64,000 nucleotides of DNA from a bacterium. Lineage in GTDB: Bacteria > Fidelibacterota > Fidelibacteria > Fidelibacterales > Fidelibacteraceae. The DNA lies in the NCBI GenBank assembly GCA_963676395.1, contig OY781066.1:512001-576000 (forward strand). The letters are read 5' to 3'. The notes under the pieces are model-generated. The model saw only the letters and a program-made list of their open reading frames with translations. It made no database searches and was not told where the DNA came from. Positions 48,623 through 58,338 of this stretch are shown here, in pieces; within the stretch, counting starts at the first letter, position 1; each line of letters begins with the position of its first letter. Made by a program: the position numbers and the translations under genes.

Positions 48623-50695
48623 ATGCGAAATTTAAACAACCATCCCGTGCTGGAAATCAAAGAGCATAAGCTAGTCCGATTTACCTTTAACGGGCAAAAA
48701 TATGTTGGTGCCGAAGGTGAAGCCGTATCTTCCGCTTTAATAGCCAATGACATTCATATCTTTTCTCACCACCATAAAAACGATACCGCTCAGGGTATTT
48801 TTTGCGCAAACGGTCAATGTTCTCACTGTACAGTTATAGTGGATGGTTTCCCTGTGAAATCTTGTATTACAGCGCTACGCGAAGGAATGGATATACGCCA
48901 ACTTAATGGATTACCATTACTTCCAATAGAAGATGAACCGCTGGGAGAACATAAGACAATTGAACATAAATGCGATGTTCTAATTATTGGTGGAGGTCCA
49001 TCCGGACTTACCTCTGCTCTGGAGCTTGCAAATTTAAATATACAGGTTATCTTGACTGACGACAAAAATCACCTTGGTGGGAAGCTGCTATTGCAAACTC
49101 ATAAGTTTTTTGGTTCAAAAACTGATTGTTATGCCGGAACTCGTGGCCATGAAATCGCCAAGATCCTTGAAGAAAAAGTGAGTTCACATAAAAACATTAA
49201 AATCATGACCGACACCATGGTTGCAGGCATTTATAAAGATAAAAAAGCCGGTCTATTTGTTGAAAACAAAGCCTACCATCTCGTAGATTTTAAGGGTTTG
49301 ATTGTATCAGCAGGAGCTCGAGAACGTTCCTTGGTTTTTCCGGGTAATCATTTACCGGGTGTTTATGGTGCAGGTGCTTTCCAAACTCTTGTTAATCGAG
49401 ATATGATTCGCTCTTCAGATGAGATCTTTATCGTCGGCAGTGGAAATGTTGGTTTAATTGCGGCCTACCATGCTCTGCAAGCCGGTATCAGGGTAAAAGG
49501 TATATGCGATATCCTTCCCGAGCCCGGAGGTTATAAAGTCCACGCCGATAAGATCAAGCGCATGGGTGTCCCTTTATACATGAATCATACTATTCTGCAT
49601 GCCGAAGGTAAAGAAAAAGTTGAGAGCGTGACCATTGCAGAAGTAAATGAAAATTGGCAGCCTATTCTTGAAACCAGTAAAAGCTTTAAAGTAGATACTT
49701 TATTGATCGCTGTAGGACTTGCTCCTATTGACGGGTTTTATAAAATGGCAAATCAATTTGATTTTCCTGTTGTAAAAGCCGGAGATGCCGATGAAATAGC
49801 GGAAGCATCCTCTGCCATGTTCGGTGGCCGAATTGCGGGCTTAACAATGGCTCAAAAGCTTGGCAAAGATATTAAAATCGACAGTAGTTTTTACGAAAAA
49901 GCCAATGTACTTAAATCCCACCCGGGTGATATTTATCCAAGACAAAAATTAACCCTTAACGAAAAATTCCAACCGGTGATCCATTGCGTACAAGAGATCC
50001 CTTGTAATCCCTGTGAGACGATTTGCCCAGTAAATGCGATCTCTTTGCATAAGCGCAAAGGCACTATCATGGATACACCCGAATATCATGGTGAATGCAT
50101 TGCTTGCATGAAATGTGTGAGTATTTGTCCCGGCCTGGCGATCTCATTAGCCAAAAAAATATCGGAGGATGAAGCTGAAATCGTTCTCCCTTATGAATTC
50201 CTTGTTGACTTTGAAATTGGCGCCAAACTTCCGCTTTGTGACCGTGATGGAAACTATCTCGAAAACGGCGAAGTAAAAAAAATACGCTTTGATAAAAAAA
50301 CACTTACGTCCTTGCTCACCCTAAGCTGCTCACTTCAAAACGCTCAAGAGGCCATCGGAATTCGCGTGCAGGCACAAGAACTTTCGGCTCCCGAAAAAAA
50401 TAGCACTATGAATTACTTTCCCGATGACGCTATTGTCTGCCGTTGCGAAATGGTCACAGTAAAAGAAGTCAAAGATTACATTCTCAGCCATGAAGTCCGT
50501 GATGTTAATCAGCTAAAAAACATTCGCGTTGGTATGGGTTCCTGTGGAGGAAATAATTGCTCTTTACTTTTACCCAAAATATTTAACAGCATGAATATAC
50601 CCTTTAAAGAAATACAAGCTCCTGTCCCTCGCCCTTTATCGGTTGAAATACCTTTGCACGCCCTGATCAATGAAGAAAATGGAAAACAGAAATGA
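48623..50695 (+). CDS. Fused alpha subunit of a proline dehydrogenase/sarcosine oxidase-like complex (2Fe-2S, FAD/NAD(P), 2x4Fe-4S, BFD-like 2Fe-2S)
   Basis: GIFCANGQCSHC...KSC; GGGPSG; GSGNVG; CVQEIPCNPCETICP and CIACMKCVSICP; VCRCE...GMGSCGGNNC. Confidence 0.85.
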   Translation: MRNLNNHPVLEIKEHKLVRFTFNGQKYVGAEGEAVSSALIANDIHIFSHHHKNDTAQGIFCANGQCSHCTVIVDGFPVKSCITALREGMDIRQLNGLPLLPIEDEPLGEHKTIEHKCDVLIIGGGPSGLTSALELANLNIQVILTDDKNHLGGKLLLQTHKFFGSKTDCYAGTRGHEIAKILEEKVSSHKNIKIMTDTMVAGIYKDKKAGLFVENKAYHLVDFKGLIVSAGARERSLVFPGNHLPGVYGAGAFQTLVNRDMIRSSDEIFIVGSGNVGLIAAYHALQAGIRVKGICDILPEPGGYKVHADKIKRMGVPLYMNHTILHAEGKEKVESVTIAEVNENWQPILETSKSFKVDTLLIAVGLAPIDGFYKMANQFDFPVVKAGDADEIAEASSAMFGGRIAGLTMAQKLGKDIKIDSSFYEKANVLKSHPGDIYPRQKLTLNEKFQPVIHCVQEIPCNPCETICPVNAISLHKRKGTIMDTPEYHGECIACMKCVSICPGLAISLAKKISEDEAEIVLPYEFLVDFEIGAKLPLCDRDGNYLENGEVKKIRFDKKTLTSLLTLSCSLQNAQEAIGIRVQAQELSAPEKNSTMNYFPDDAIVCRCEMVTVKEVKDYILSHEVRDVNQLKNIRVGMGSCGGNNCSLLLPKIFNSMNIPFKEIQAPVPRPLSVEIPLHALINEENGKQK

Positions 50696-51840
50696 ATAAA
50701 TATGATGTCCTTTTTATTGGTGCCGGTTCAGTCGGATTGCCCGCCGCTTACCATTTCGCAAAGCGCGGACTAAAGGTTGGAGTAATAGATAAAGAAGCTT
50801 CTCCGGGGCAAGGTCAAAACAAATCAGCTATCGGTGGTATTCGAGCAACACATTCGGATCCCGCAAAAATCGCTATTGCTCAGGAAAGCATTCGTTTGAT
50901 CGCAGGAATGCGCAAAGAACATGGACATGATGTACTGTGGAAACAAGGTGGTTATCTTTACCCGGTTTACACCGAAAGGCATGAAAACACCTTAAAAGAA
51001 TTGCTTAAAGTTCAACACAAACAAAATCTTAATATCGACTGGGTAGATTGCAAGTGTATCTCAGGGTTGGCCCCCGGAATAAACTGTAATAATTTGCGTG
51101 GTGGTACATTTTCACCCGGAGACGGCTCAGCTTCACCCATGTTGGTTGCAGATGCATACTATCAACTTGGACGCAAAGCCGGTGCGAAATATTTTTTTCG
51201 TGAATATGTCATGAAAATGAAAACACATTCAGGCAAAATCACTGAAGTAATTACAAACAAAAACAGTTATTCCGCAGATCTTATTGTTAATTGCGCGGGG
51301 GCATATGCTCGAGAAATAGGACGAATGAGTGAGCAGGATATCCCGGTTTATCCCGATTCACATGAAGCGGGAATAACACAACCCGTACAAGCCTTATTTG
51401 ATCCCATGATCGTAGATATTCGACCGGTTGCAGATTCAAAAAATTATTATTTCTACCAAAACAGTGAAGGTCAGGTCGTGTTTTGCATTACTCCCCTGCC
51501 CTTGCGTTCTGGAACCGATAGAGACAATACATCGGTTTTTCTGCCTCAAGTAGTTAAGCGAATGATAGAACTATATCCCAGACTGCGAAATTTACGCGTT
51601 CGCAGAACCTGGCGTGGACTTTACCCCATGACACCTGATGGCTTTCCTATTGTTGGCATGAGCAATATAATAGAAAACAATCTATTGGTCGTTGGAATGT
51701 GTGGCCAAGGTTTCATGCTGGGTCCGGGTTTAGGAAAAATATTAGCGGAATACTTTGTGGATGGAAATAAGGAACATAAATTTATCTTTAATGATCTGGA
51801 TCCATACAGAGAATTTAAAGCAGATGAAATTTTAAAATAA
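50692..51840 (+). CDS. DAO-family FAD oxidoreductase (beta subunit of the same complex)
   Basis: IGAGSVG; RTWRGLYPMTPDGFPIVG; GMCGQGFMLGPG; ATGA overlap with the alpha subunit. Confidence 0.88.
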   Translation: MNKYDVLFIGAGSVGLPAAYHFAKRGLKVGVIDKEASPGQGQNKSAIGGIRATHSDPAKIAIAQESIRLIAGMRKEHGHDVLWKQGGYLYPVYTERHENTLKELLKVQHKQNLNIDWVDCKCISGLAPGINCNNLRGGTFSPGDGSASPMLVADAYYQLGRKAGAKYFFREYVMKMKTHSGKITEVITNKNSYSADLIVNCAGAYAREIGRMSEQDIPVYPDSHEAGITQPVQALFDPMIVDIRPVADSKNYYFYQNSEGQVVFCITPLPLRSGTDRDNTSVFLPQVVKRMIELYPRLRNLRVRRTWRGLYPMTPDGFPIVGMSNIIENNLLVVGMCGQGFMLGPGLGKILAEYFVDGNKEHKFIFNDLDPYREFKADEILK

Positions 51841-51864
51841 TTGAGTTAAATCATTAATATTATT

Positions 51865-51901
51865 AATCAGAAGCCTTGGATTAAATCCAAGGCTTCTGAT
51901 T
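51865..51901. terminator. Bidirectional terminator / 18-bp inverted repeat
   Basis: AATCAGAAGCCTTGGATT-a-AATCCAAGGCTTCTGATT between convergent genes. Confidence 0.8.
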
Positions 51902-51910
51902 TTTGACCTG

Positions 51911-52609
51911 TTAATTCAGCACATAACGCAACACGGCCCACCAATGTACAACAGACCCGGCAAGAACCATAAGATGCCAGATAAGGTGAGCATATTTTAT
52001 ACGTTTAGCTTTGTAGAATAATATACCAACGGTATAAAAAGCACCTCCTACAAAAATTAACGAAATGGCCGTTGGATCAAGGTGTTTGACCAGCGGAGCC
52101 ATAAATGGCAGTACCAACCATCCCATGATCACATATGAAGCAATAATGATCACATTTGCTCCGCGTTCAAAAACACCGGGCATTAGTAATTTCATCACCA
52201 CACCGCTAAGCGCCAATACCCACTCAATAGCAAGCATCAACCAACCCCAATCATTCCCTAATGCCAATGCAAACGGAGTATAGGTTCCGGCTATCAGGAG
52301 ATAGATGGCAACCTGATCAAGGTTGTAAAAGACGTTCTTAGCGCGTCCCATTGGCAAAGCATGGGTCATTGCAGACGAAAAATACATGGCAAGCATGGTG
52401 GCTCCAAAAATGGAACTGCCCACAATGAGGTTAGCGTTGCCCATCTTAAGGGAATAAACCAAGAGGTAGATCAATGCTACAAGCGAGAAACCCGCTCCCA
52501 CAAAGTGAGATACGGCGTTGGCAACTTCTTCTTGAGGAGTAAAACGCGAAATGCGTCCTATACTGAATTCGGGAGGTGCGGTCGTAATAGCCGCGTGATT
52601 ATCTTTCAT
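51911..52609 (-). CDS. Hemolysin III / PAQR-family membrane protein
   Basis: EEVANAVSH, DQVAIYLLIAGTYTPF, YVIMGW and HLIWHLMVLAG. Start placed at MKDNH (SD AAGGAA). Confidence 0.92.
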   Translation of the reverse strand: MKDNHAAITTAPPEFSIGRISRFTPQEEVANAVSHFVGAGFSLVALIYLLVYSLKMGNANLIVGSSIFGATMLAMYFSSAMTHALPMGRAKNVFYNLDQVAIYLLIAGTYTPFALALGNDWGWLMLAIEWVLALSGVVMKLLMPGVFERGANVIIIASYVIMGWLVLPFMAPLVKHLDPTAISLIFVGGAFYTVGILFYKAKRIKYAHLIWHLMVLAGSVVHWWAVLRYVLN

Positions 52610-53072
52610 GACATTCCTTTCCATTTCGGTTATGAGCAGCATTGCAACCGATACCGATTGATCATCTTTTACGACCTGAACGCATGAAAATGGTTTTGCA
52701 CGAAAATTAGCTTCCGTGACGAATAATATGGAGATATGCGGAGTTGTCATTACGAACGAAGCGGAGGAATCCCTAACGAAGAACGATCACTGTCAAGCGA
52801 TAACAATAATGTTATCAGACAGTATCATCGCTGTGAGAGACCACAACAAGACAGATGAGCATAGCAAAGAGGATCGCAAGCAAGACTATATCATCGTGAC
52901 AACATATTGATATATTGTCAAAAAAATAATCGTTGAACTTTGTGATCTCTCCATGCGTCACGATTCCATCGTGCCTTAGTCGAGATAACAATAACCACGC
53001 ACATTACATACGTTTTTATATGTCGTAAAAGGGAGATCTATCGCTGTGTTAAGTCGGCTAAAAAGCTTCCTA

Positions 53073-54296
53073 TTAAGCAAAAATCGGTTTGCGTTCGATT
53101 ACGTTGTCACGGTCTGGACCCGTAGAAACGATACCAATAGAGACGCCCAAAAAGTCTTCTACGAACTCAATATACTTCCTGCAATTTTCGGGAAGTTCGT
53201 CGTAGTTGGTGCAACCTTCAGTTTCTTCTTCCCAACCGGGAAGTTCTGTGTACACCGGGCTTCCATCAGCATTGTAATCAATCGCAACCTGCAAGGTTTC
53301 AAAACCTGATAAACAGCTTATCTTTGAAAAGACAATGTAATTAAATCCGTTGATCATGCATGATTCTTTGAGCAGGGCCAAATCCAACCAACCACAGCGT
53401 CGTGAACGACCTGTAGTGGATCCGAACTCATGACCGTTGACACGAAGCTTTTCTCCATTGTCATCAAAGAGTTCAGTCGGAAAAGGACCTTCTCCTACGC
53501 GGGTCGTATAGGCTTTTACTATAGCGATCCGCTTATCAAAATCGAGGTATACACCGCTTCCGGTGTAAGCACCGCCTATACTGGTGCTGGAAGATGTAAC
53601 AAATGGATATGTTCCATGATCAATATCAAGGAAAGTTCCCTGAGCGCCTTCATAAAGGATATTGGCATTATCTTTAGCAGCTTCAGCCAAGAGAGGACGA
53701 GCATCACGAACATAGGGAGCCAATCTTTCTACAGCTTTCACCAATTCGGGAATACCCGCTCTGAGTGTGCGCATTTCATCTTCATCAACGATAGCATAAA
53801 CCTTCTCAACAAAGTCAAGGTGCTCACGGTAGCGTTCCTCAAAGCTACCGTCGCATGCTGATTCCCAACGGAGTCCTGTTCTGCGTACCTTGTCGGTATA
53901 TGCCGGTCCGATACCCCGAACAGTAGTTCCGATCTTTTCGTTCAGAGCTCTATCCAGGTAAATATGGATTGGTAGTACCATATGGGCAGAAGGTGAGATG
54001 ATAAAATTATCGGTGGTAAAAATAACGCCCTGTTCAATCAGGGACTGCATTTCTTCATGCAAAGTGGTGGGATTCACCACACAACCATTACCGATAATAT
54101 TGATCGACTTACCCGAAATAATACCTGAGGGGATAAGATGTGTTACATACTTTTTATCTCCGTGAATAACGGTATGACCCGCATTAGCTCCACCTTGAAA
54201 CCGTACAACAACATCCATTTGTTCGGCAAGAACATCTACGATTTTACCCTTGCCCTCATCGCCCCACTGGGCACCCATTACGATATACGCCGGCAT
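53073..54296 (-). CDS. purA: Adenylosuccinate synthetase
   Basis: QWGDEGKGK, GGANAGHT, EGAQG, GTYPFVTSS and GSTTGRSRRCGWLD motifs. Confidence 0.98.
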   Translation of the reverse strand: MPAYIVMGAQWGDEGKGKIVDVLAEQMDVVVRFQGGANAGHTVIHGDKKYVTHLIPSGIISGKSINIIGNGCVVNPTTLHEEMQSLIEQGVIFTTDNFIISPSAHMVLPIHIYLDRALNEKIGTTVRGIGPAYTDKVRRTGLRWESACDGSFEERYREHLDFVEKVYAIVDEDEMRTLRAGIPELVKAVERLAPYVRDARPLLAEAAKDNANILYEGAQGTFLDIDHGTYPFVTSSSTSIGGAYTGSGVYLDFDKRIAIVKAYTTRVGEGPFPTELFDDNGEKLRVNGHEFGSTTGRSRRCGWLDLALLKESCMINGFNYIVFSKISCLSGFETLQVAIDYNADGSPVYTELPGWEEETEGCTNYDELPENCRKYIEFVEDFLGVSIGIVSTGPDRDNVIERKPIFA

Positions 54297-54481
54297 TTGA
54301 TCAGTATCCTCCAGTTACAATTTCACCGCAAAATTTACATAATTGTAAAGGTTATTGAAAGCAATAATGTAGGAAAGTGAGGAGAAGGTGATGACAAGTG
54401 ACGAGTAGCGAACATGAACACTAAAAAGCCGTGAACGTTATGCCGGAATCCCTTGTGATTGCTATTGGCCTTTATCTGTTC

Positions 54482-54651
54482 GCTGACTGCTGTTGGCTGA
54501 TTGCTATTAGCTGATTGCTATTGACTGATTGCTGTTAGCTGACTGCTATTAGCTGATTGCTGTTAGCTGATTGCTATTGACTGATTGCTGATAGCTGACT
54601 GCTATTGGCTGATAGCTGATAGCTGTTAGCTGATTGCTGATAGCTGATTGC
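54482..54651. repeat. Degenerate heptamer tandem array (24 GCTGATT/GCTATTA-like units, partly with a 14-bp period)
   Basis: Read directly from the sequence; intergenic between the rplI terminator and the purA upstream region. Confidence 0.93.
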
Positions 54652-54670
54652 ATATAAACTTTTCAACACA

Positions 54671-54713
54671 AAAAGAAAAAGGACCGAGCCATTATAAAAT
54701 GATTCGATCCTTT
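54671..54713 (-). terminator. Intrinsic terminator after rplI
   Basis: Minus-strand stem AAAGGATCGAATCATT/AATGGCTCGGTCCTTT followed by TTCTTTT. Confidence 0.75.
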
Positions 54714-54757
54714 ATGATCTTTGTAAACTTTGTGACTAGTTACTAATTACTAGTTAC

Positions 54758-55207
54758 TTATTCACTTTCTTTTACGACCCAAACTTTGATTTCGGCTTTA
54801 ACACCGGCACCAACTTTAACGGGGACATCAAAAACGCCAAGTTCTTTGATAGCTTCGTCAAGAAGGATATCATGTTTGTTGATCTCAAGCCCTTTTTCAG
54901 CAAGCAATTCAGAAATAGTCTGTGTTGTGACAGCGCCAAATAGTTTGTCATCTTCACCTACTTTAACAGTAGCTGTAACTGAGATGTCTTTAAGTTTTTT
55001 AGCAAGTTCCTGAGCAGCACCTTCAACTTTTTTAAGTTTTTTGGCTTCGTTTCTCTGAAGTTCTTCAACGATCTTCATGTTAGAACGAGTTGCTTTAATG
55101 GCTTCGCCTTTAGGGATCAAGTAGTTGCGTGCATAACCGTCTTTTACGGAAACAACATCACCGGCCTTACCGACATTTTCTACATCTTTTTTTAATATGA
55201 TCTTCAT
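54758..55207 (-). CDS. rplI: 50S ribosomal protein L9
   Basis: GDVVSVKDGYARNYLIPKG; KLFGAVT. Confidence 0.98.
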   Translation of the reverse strand: MKIILKKDVENVGKAGDVVSVKDGYARNYLIPKGEAIKATRSNMKIVEELQRNEAKKLKKVEGAAQELAKKLKDISVTATVKVGEDDKLFGAVTTQTISELLAEKGLEINKHDILLDEAIKELGVFDVPVKVGAGVKAEIKVWVVKESE

Positions 55208-55219
55208 GTTGTTCTCCTA

Positions 55220-55450
55220 TTAGTTTTGCGTTACATCATATGAGTAAGGCAATAAAGCGATATTACGTGCGCGTTTGATCGCTCTTACCAATTCACGTTG
55301 ATGTTTTGCACAAGTTCCGGTTACGCGACGAGGGATAATTTTACCCTGTTCTGTAATGGCACGCTTCAAGTTCTTGTAATCTTTATAATCGATTGTGTTT
55401 TTTTTATTTTCACAATATTTGCAAATCTTTTTTCTTGATGAAAAAGCCAT
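55220..55450 (-). CDS. rpsR: 30S ribosomal protein S18 (Zn-binding form)
   Basis: CKYC, IDYKD and [17 protein letters not shown] motifs. Confidence 0.98.
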   Translation of the reverse strand: MAFSSRKKICKYCENKKNTIDYKDYKNLKRAITEQGKIIPRRVTGTCAKHQRELVRAIKRARNIALLPYSYDVTQN

Positions 55451-55452
55451 GA

Positions 55453-55998
55453 TTATTCTCCTTCCTTGTCAGCTTCGACTACTTCTTCGGGCTTAGCCTC
55501 TTCTTCAACCTCGGCTTCTACCTCGGCTTCTACCTTGGTTTCTTCTTCGGCTTTTTCTTCTACGACTTCTTCTTTAACCTCTTCTTTAGCTTCTTCTTTT
55601 ACAGGAGCAGCTTTAGCTTCGGCTTTAGGAGCGTCTTTAGAATATCCGCGTTTACCTTCAGGTTTTGAATATGCCGTATCAGGATTTTCTGAAGTTTCTG
55701 ACAATTCAGGTTTTTCTTCTAGACGGATAACCATCTGATGAAGAATCTGTGATTGAATTTCCATCCATTCGTACAATCCTTGGATCAATGAAGGATCAGC
55801 TTCAAAGTACATCAGTACGTATGAACCGTAACGTTGTTTGTTGATCAAATAGGCCAACTTGCGTTTTCCCCAATTGTCTGTTTTAAGGATCTTACCGCCT
55901 TTACCGGCGATCTCTTTTTGGACGGTATCGATAACCGCGTCCAAACGGTCTTGTTCATAGTTGGGATGAACAATGAAAAGCATTTCGTAATATCTCAA
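55453..55998 (-). CDS. rpsF: 30S ribosomal protein S6 with long acidic tail (TTG start)
   Basis: [30 protein letters not shown]. Confidence 0.96.
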   Translation of the reverse strand: MRYYEMLFIVHPNYEQDRLDAVIDTVQKEIAGKGGKILKTDNWGKRKLAYLINKQRYGSYVLMYFEADPSLIQGLYEWMEIQSQILHQMVIRLEEKPELSETSENPDTAYSKPEGKRGYSKDAPKAEAKAAPVKEEAKEEVKEEVVEEKAEEETKVEAEVEAEVEEEAKPEEVVEADKEGE

Positions 55999-56018
55999 TG
56001 TTTACTCCTTTTGTAAGT

Positions 56019-56585
56019 TTATGAACGCTGATTAAATGTATTCATGGCTTTTTCAAGTCCTTCTGTTATAAAACAGTCAACCGCATCTGCAGCTACCGGA
56101 AAAAGGCTTTCGACCTCTTCTTTTTCAGAACGAGAAAAGTTATTCAGGACGAAATCAACAGAAGATCCGTTTTCTCTACGCCCCGGCACATCAATACCAA
56201 ATTTCAATCTTGGAAAACCATCAGAACTAAGATGCTGAATAATTGACCGCATCCCATTGTGTGTCCCCCCTGAACCAAGCTTTTTAATCTTGAAGCGGCC
56301 CAGCATTAGGTCAAGGTCATCATAAATGACCAATAGGTCTTCCAAATCAACGTTATAACGCTTTACAATATCTTTAACGGCAATGCCGCTGTTATTCATA
56401 AAGGTAATAGGTTTCACAAAAGCCGCATCCAGTTCTTCGGAAACCGCCAGCATATACTCGCCTCTTCCTGCCTTGAACTTAAGTCCATGACGGGATGCCA
56501 ATTCATCACACAGCTTAAAGCCAACATTGTGACGATTGCGGCGATATCGCGCTCCGGGATTTCCTAAACCGACAACAGCTTTCAC
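56019..56585 (-). CDS. pth: Peptidyl-tRNA hydrolase (GTG start)
   Basis: VGLGNPG, RHNVGF, FMNNSG and GGTHNG motifs. Confidence 0.97.
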   Translation of the reverse strand: MKAVVGLGNPGARYRRNRHNVGFKLCDELASRHGLKFKAGRGEYMLAVSEELDAAFVKPITFMNNSGIAVKDIVKRYNVDLEDLLVIYDDLDLMLGRFKIKKLGSGGTHNGMRSIIQHLSSDGFPRLKFGIDVPGRRENGSSVDFVLNNFSRSEKEEVESLFPVAADAVDCFITEGLEKAMNTFNQRS

Positions 56586-56589
56586 AATA

Positions 56590-57210
56590 TTATTCCTCTG
56601 TTGCTTCTTCGCCTTCTACGGCTTCTTCACCTACAACACCTTCAGCACTGCCTTCAATATCATCTTTAAAGACCTTAGGTGCAACAACGGCGATTACTAA
56701 CAATTCACCTGATGAAGCGATTTCGAGATCATCATAATTTAAGTCTGAAATGTGCAAGTTATCACCAATGTTCAATGTTGAAATATCAACATCCAATTTC
56801 TGAGGAATTTCTGATGCTTTACACTTCACTTCAATTTCGTGAACGTTTACTTCAAGCTGGCCACCTTCAAGAACACCGGCACATGAACCTACAAAATTCA
56901 ATGCAACAGATACCTGAACGATTTCACTCATACTAACACCCTGAAAATCAATATGAACGTAAGCTTCTGTTACGGGATGATATTGAATATCTTTGATTAG
57001 TGCTTTTTTCTTTTTTCCATCAATGCTAAGATCAATTAGCTGTTCACCGGCACGCAATACTTGAGCAAACTCAAGTTCATTTACTTGCAAAGCCTGTGCT
57101 TTTTGTTTTTGATAGAAAACTGCAGGAACAAAACCCTGTTTGCGAAGCTTTTTATTCGCTTCTTTGCCAAGTCCTTCTCGGACTTCTGTTTTCAATACGA
57201 TTTCAGTCAT
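56590..57210 (-). CDS. rplY: 50S ribosomal protein L25 / Ctc (long form)
   Basis: GK...KLRKQGFVPAVFY, QYHPV and HIDF motifs; located between prs and pth. Confidence 0.95.
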   Translation of the reverse strand: MTEIVLKTEVREGLGKEANKKLRKQGFVPAVFYQKQKAQALQVNELEFAQVLRAGEQLIDLSIDGKKKKALIKDIQYHPVTEAYVHIDFQGVSMSEIVQVSVALNFVGSCAGVLEGGQLEVNVHEIEVKCKASEIPQKLDVDISTLNIGDNLHISDLNYDDLEIASSGELLVIAVVAPKVFKDDIEGSAEGVVGEEAVEGEEATEE

Positions 57211-57231
57211 TTATATAACTCCTTTTATACT

Positions 57232-58197
57232 CTAACTTTCAACATTAAACTCATAAAATAAATCTGAAATAGATTCGTTCATATGAGATCTCTGAATGGA
57301 CGATGCAAACAGCGAGGCAACTGATACAATCTCCATATTCGGCAAAATCTTTTCTTCGGGCAGCGCAATGGTGTCCGTAGTGATAATGCGTGCGATCTGT
57401 GAATTCTTTAAACGCTCAATTGCCGGGCCTGATAACACAGCATGCGTAAAAGCGCAAATCACTTCTTTAGCACCCTCATCCTTTAAATGCTTTGCAGCGG
57501 CAACCAAAGTTCCGGCCGTATCTGCCATATCGTCAATAATAAGGCATTTCTTACCTTTTACATCACCGATGATATTCATAGCTTCAGCCACATTGTGCGC
57601 TGTTCTACGCTTATCGATAATTGCCAATCCTTTTTGCATATACATGGCAATGGAACGTGAACGTGCTACCGAACCCATATCGGGAGATACCACGACTAGA
57701 TCCTCATCATCGAACATACCGTCATTTCTGAAATATTTCATCAACGCGGGACGAGAAAATAAGTGATCGAATGGGATATCTACATACCCCTGGATCTGCA
57801 TGGAGTGCAAGTCCATTGCAATGATCCTGTTCGCACCGGCTTTAACGATCATATCCATAAAGAGCCTTGCTGAGATGGGAACACGAGGCTGATCCTTACG
57901 ATCCTGTCTTGCATATCCATAGTAAGGAAGCACAACCGTAATCCTACCTGCCGATGAACGCTTCGCCGCATCAATAATGATCAGTAGTTCGATCAGATTG
58001 TCCGCAGGTTGACCGGTAGACTGTACAATGAAAACATCTTTACCTCTAATGTTTTCATCAAAGCGCACCCAAATTTCTCCATCAGAGAATTTTTTACGGG
58101 TCAGAGCACCAGGCTCTGTGCCCAAGGCTGTACAGATCTTTTTTGCCAATTCAGGATTTGAAGATCCTGAGAAAATTTTCAACTCACTGTGCTTCAT
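57232..58197 (-). CDS. prs: Ribose-phosphate pyrophosphokinase
   Basis: FSDGE, YYGYARQDRK, DLHS, VSPDMG and DDMADTAGT motifs. Confidence 0.98.
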   Translation of the reverse strand: MKHSELKIFSGSSNPELAKKICTALGTEPGALTRKKFSDGEIWVRFDENIRGKDVFIVQSTGQPADNLIELLIIIDAAKRSSAGRITVVLPYYGYARQDRKDQPRVPISARLFMDMIVKAGANRIIAMDLHSMQIQGYVDIPFDHLFSRPALMKYFRNDGMFDDEDLVVVSPDMGSVARSRSIAMYMQKGLAIIDKRRTAHNVAEAMNIIGDVKGKKCLIIDDMADTAGTLVAAAKHLKDEGAKEVICAFTHAVLSGPAIERLKNSQIARIITTDTIALPEEKILPNMEIVSVASLFASSIQRSHMNESISDLFYEFNVES

Positions 58198-58225
58198 GCT
58201 TCACTCCCTTTTATCCCAATTATAC

Positions 58226-58259
58226 AAAAAAAGCCCGAATAATTATATCCAGGCTTTTT
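58226..58259 (-). terminator. Intrinsic terminator after tRNA-Gln
   Basis: Minus strand AGCCTGGAT-ataatt-ATTCGGGCT followed by a T run. Confidence 0.75.
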
Positions 58260-58267
58260 ACAACGTG

Positions 58268-58338
58268 CTCAGGGGCAGGGATTCGAACCCCGATCGGTTG
58301 GACCAAAACCAACTGTCCTGCCATTGAACGACCCCCGA
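58268..58338 (-). tRNA. tRNA-Gln (anticodon TTG); CCA end not encoded
   Basis: Acceptor stem TCGGGGG/CCCCTGA; anticodon arm GTTGG-TTTTGGT-CCAAC; T-loop GGTTCGAATCC; conserved ispE-tRNAGln-prs synteny. Confidence 0.95.

Noticed and set aside
48623..51840. Hydrogen cyanide synthase HcnABC
   Set aside because: It belongs to the same superfamily, but the extra 2x[4Fe-4S] module fits proline-dehydrogenase-like complexes better. The substrate cannot be assigned from sequence.
52610..52910. 47-aa N-terminal extension of hemolysin III and the 64-aa ORF at 52716
   Set aside because: A good SD precedes the ATG at 52609. The upstream sequence has repeat remnants and no protein-like motifs.
58268..58338. 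Integration site or genomic island at tRNA-Gln
   Set aside because: No integrase, no duplicated tRNA 3' end was noticed, and the ispE-prs synteny is intact.
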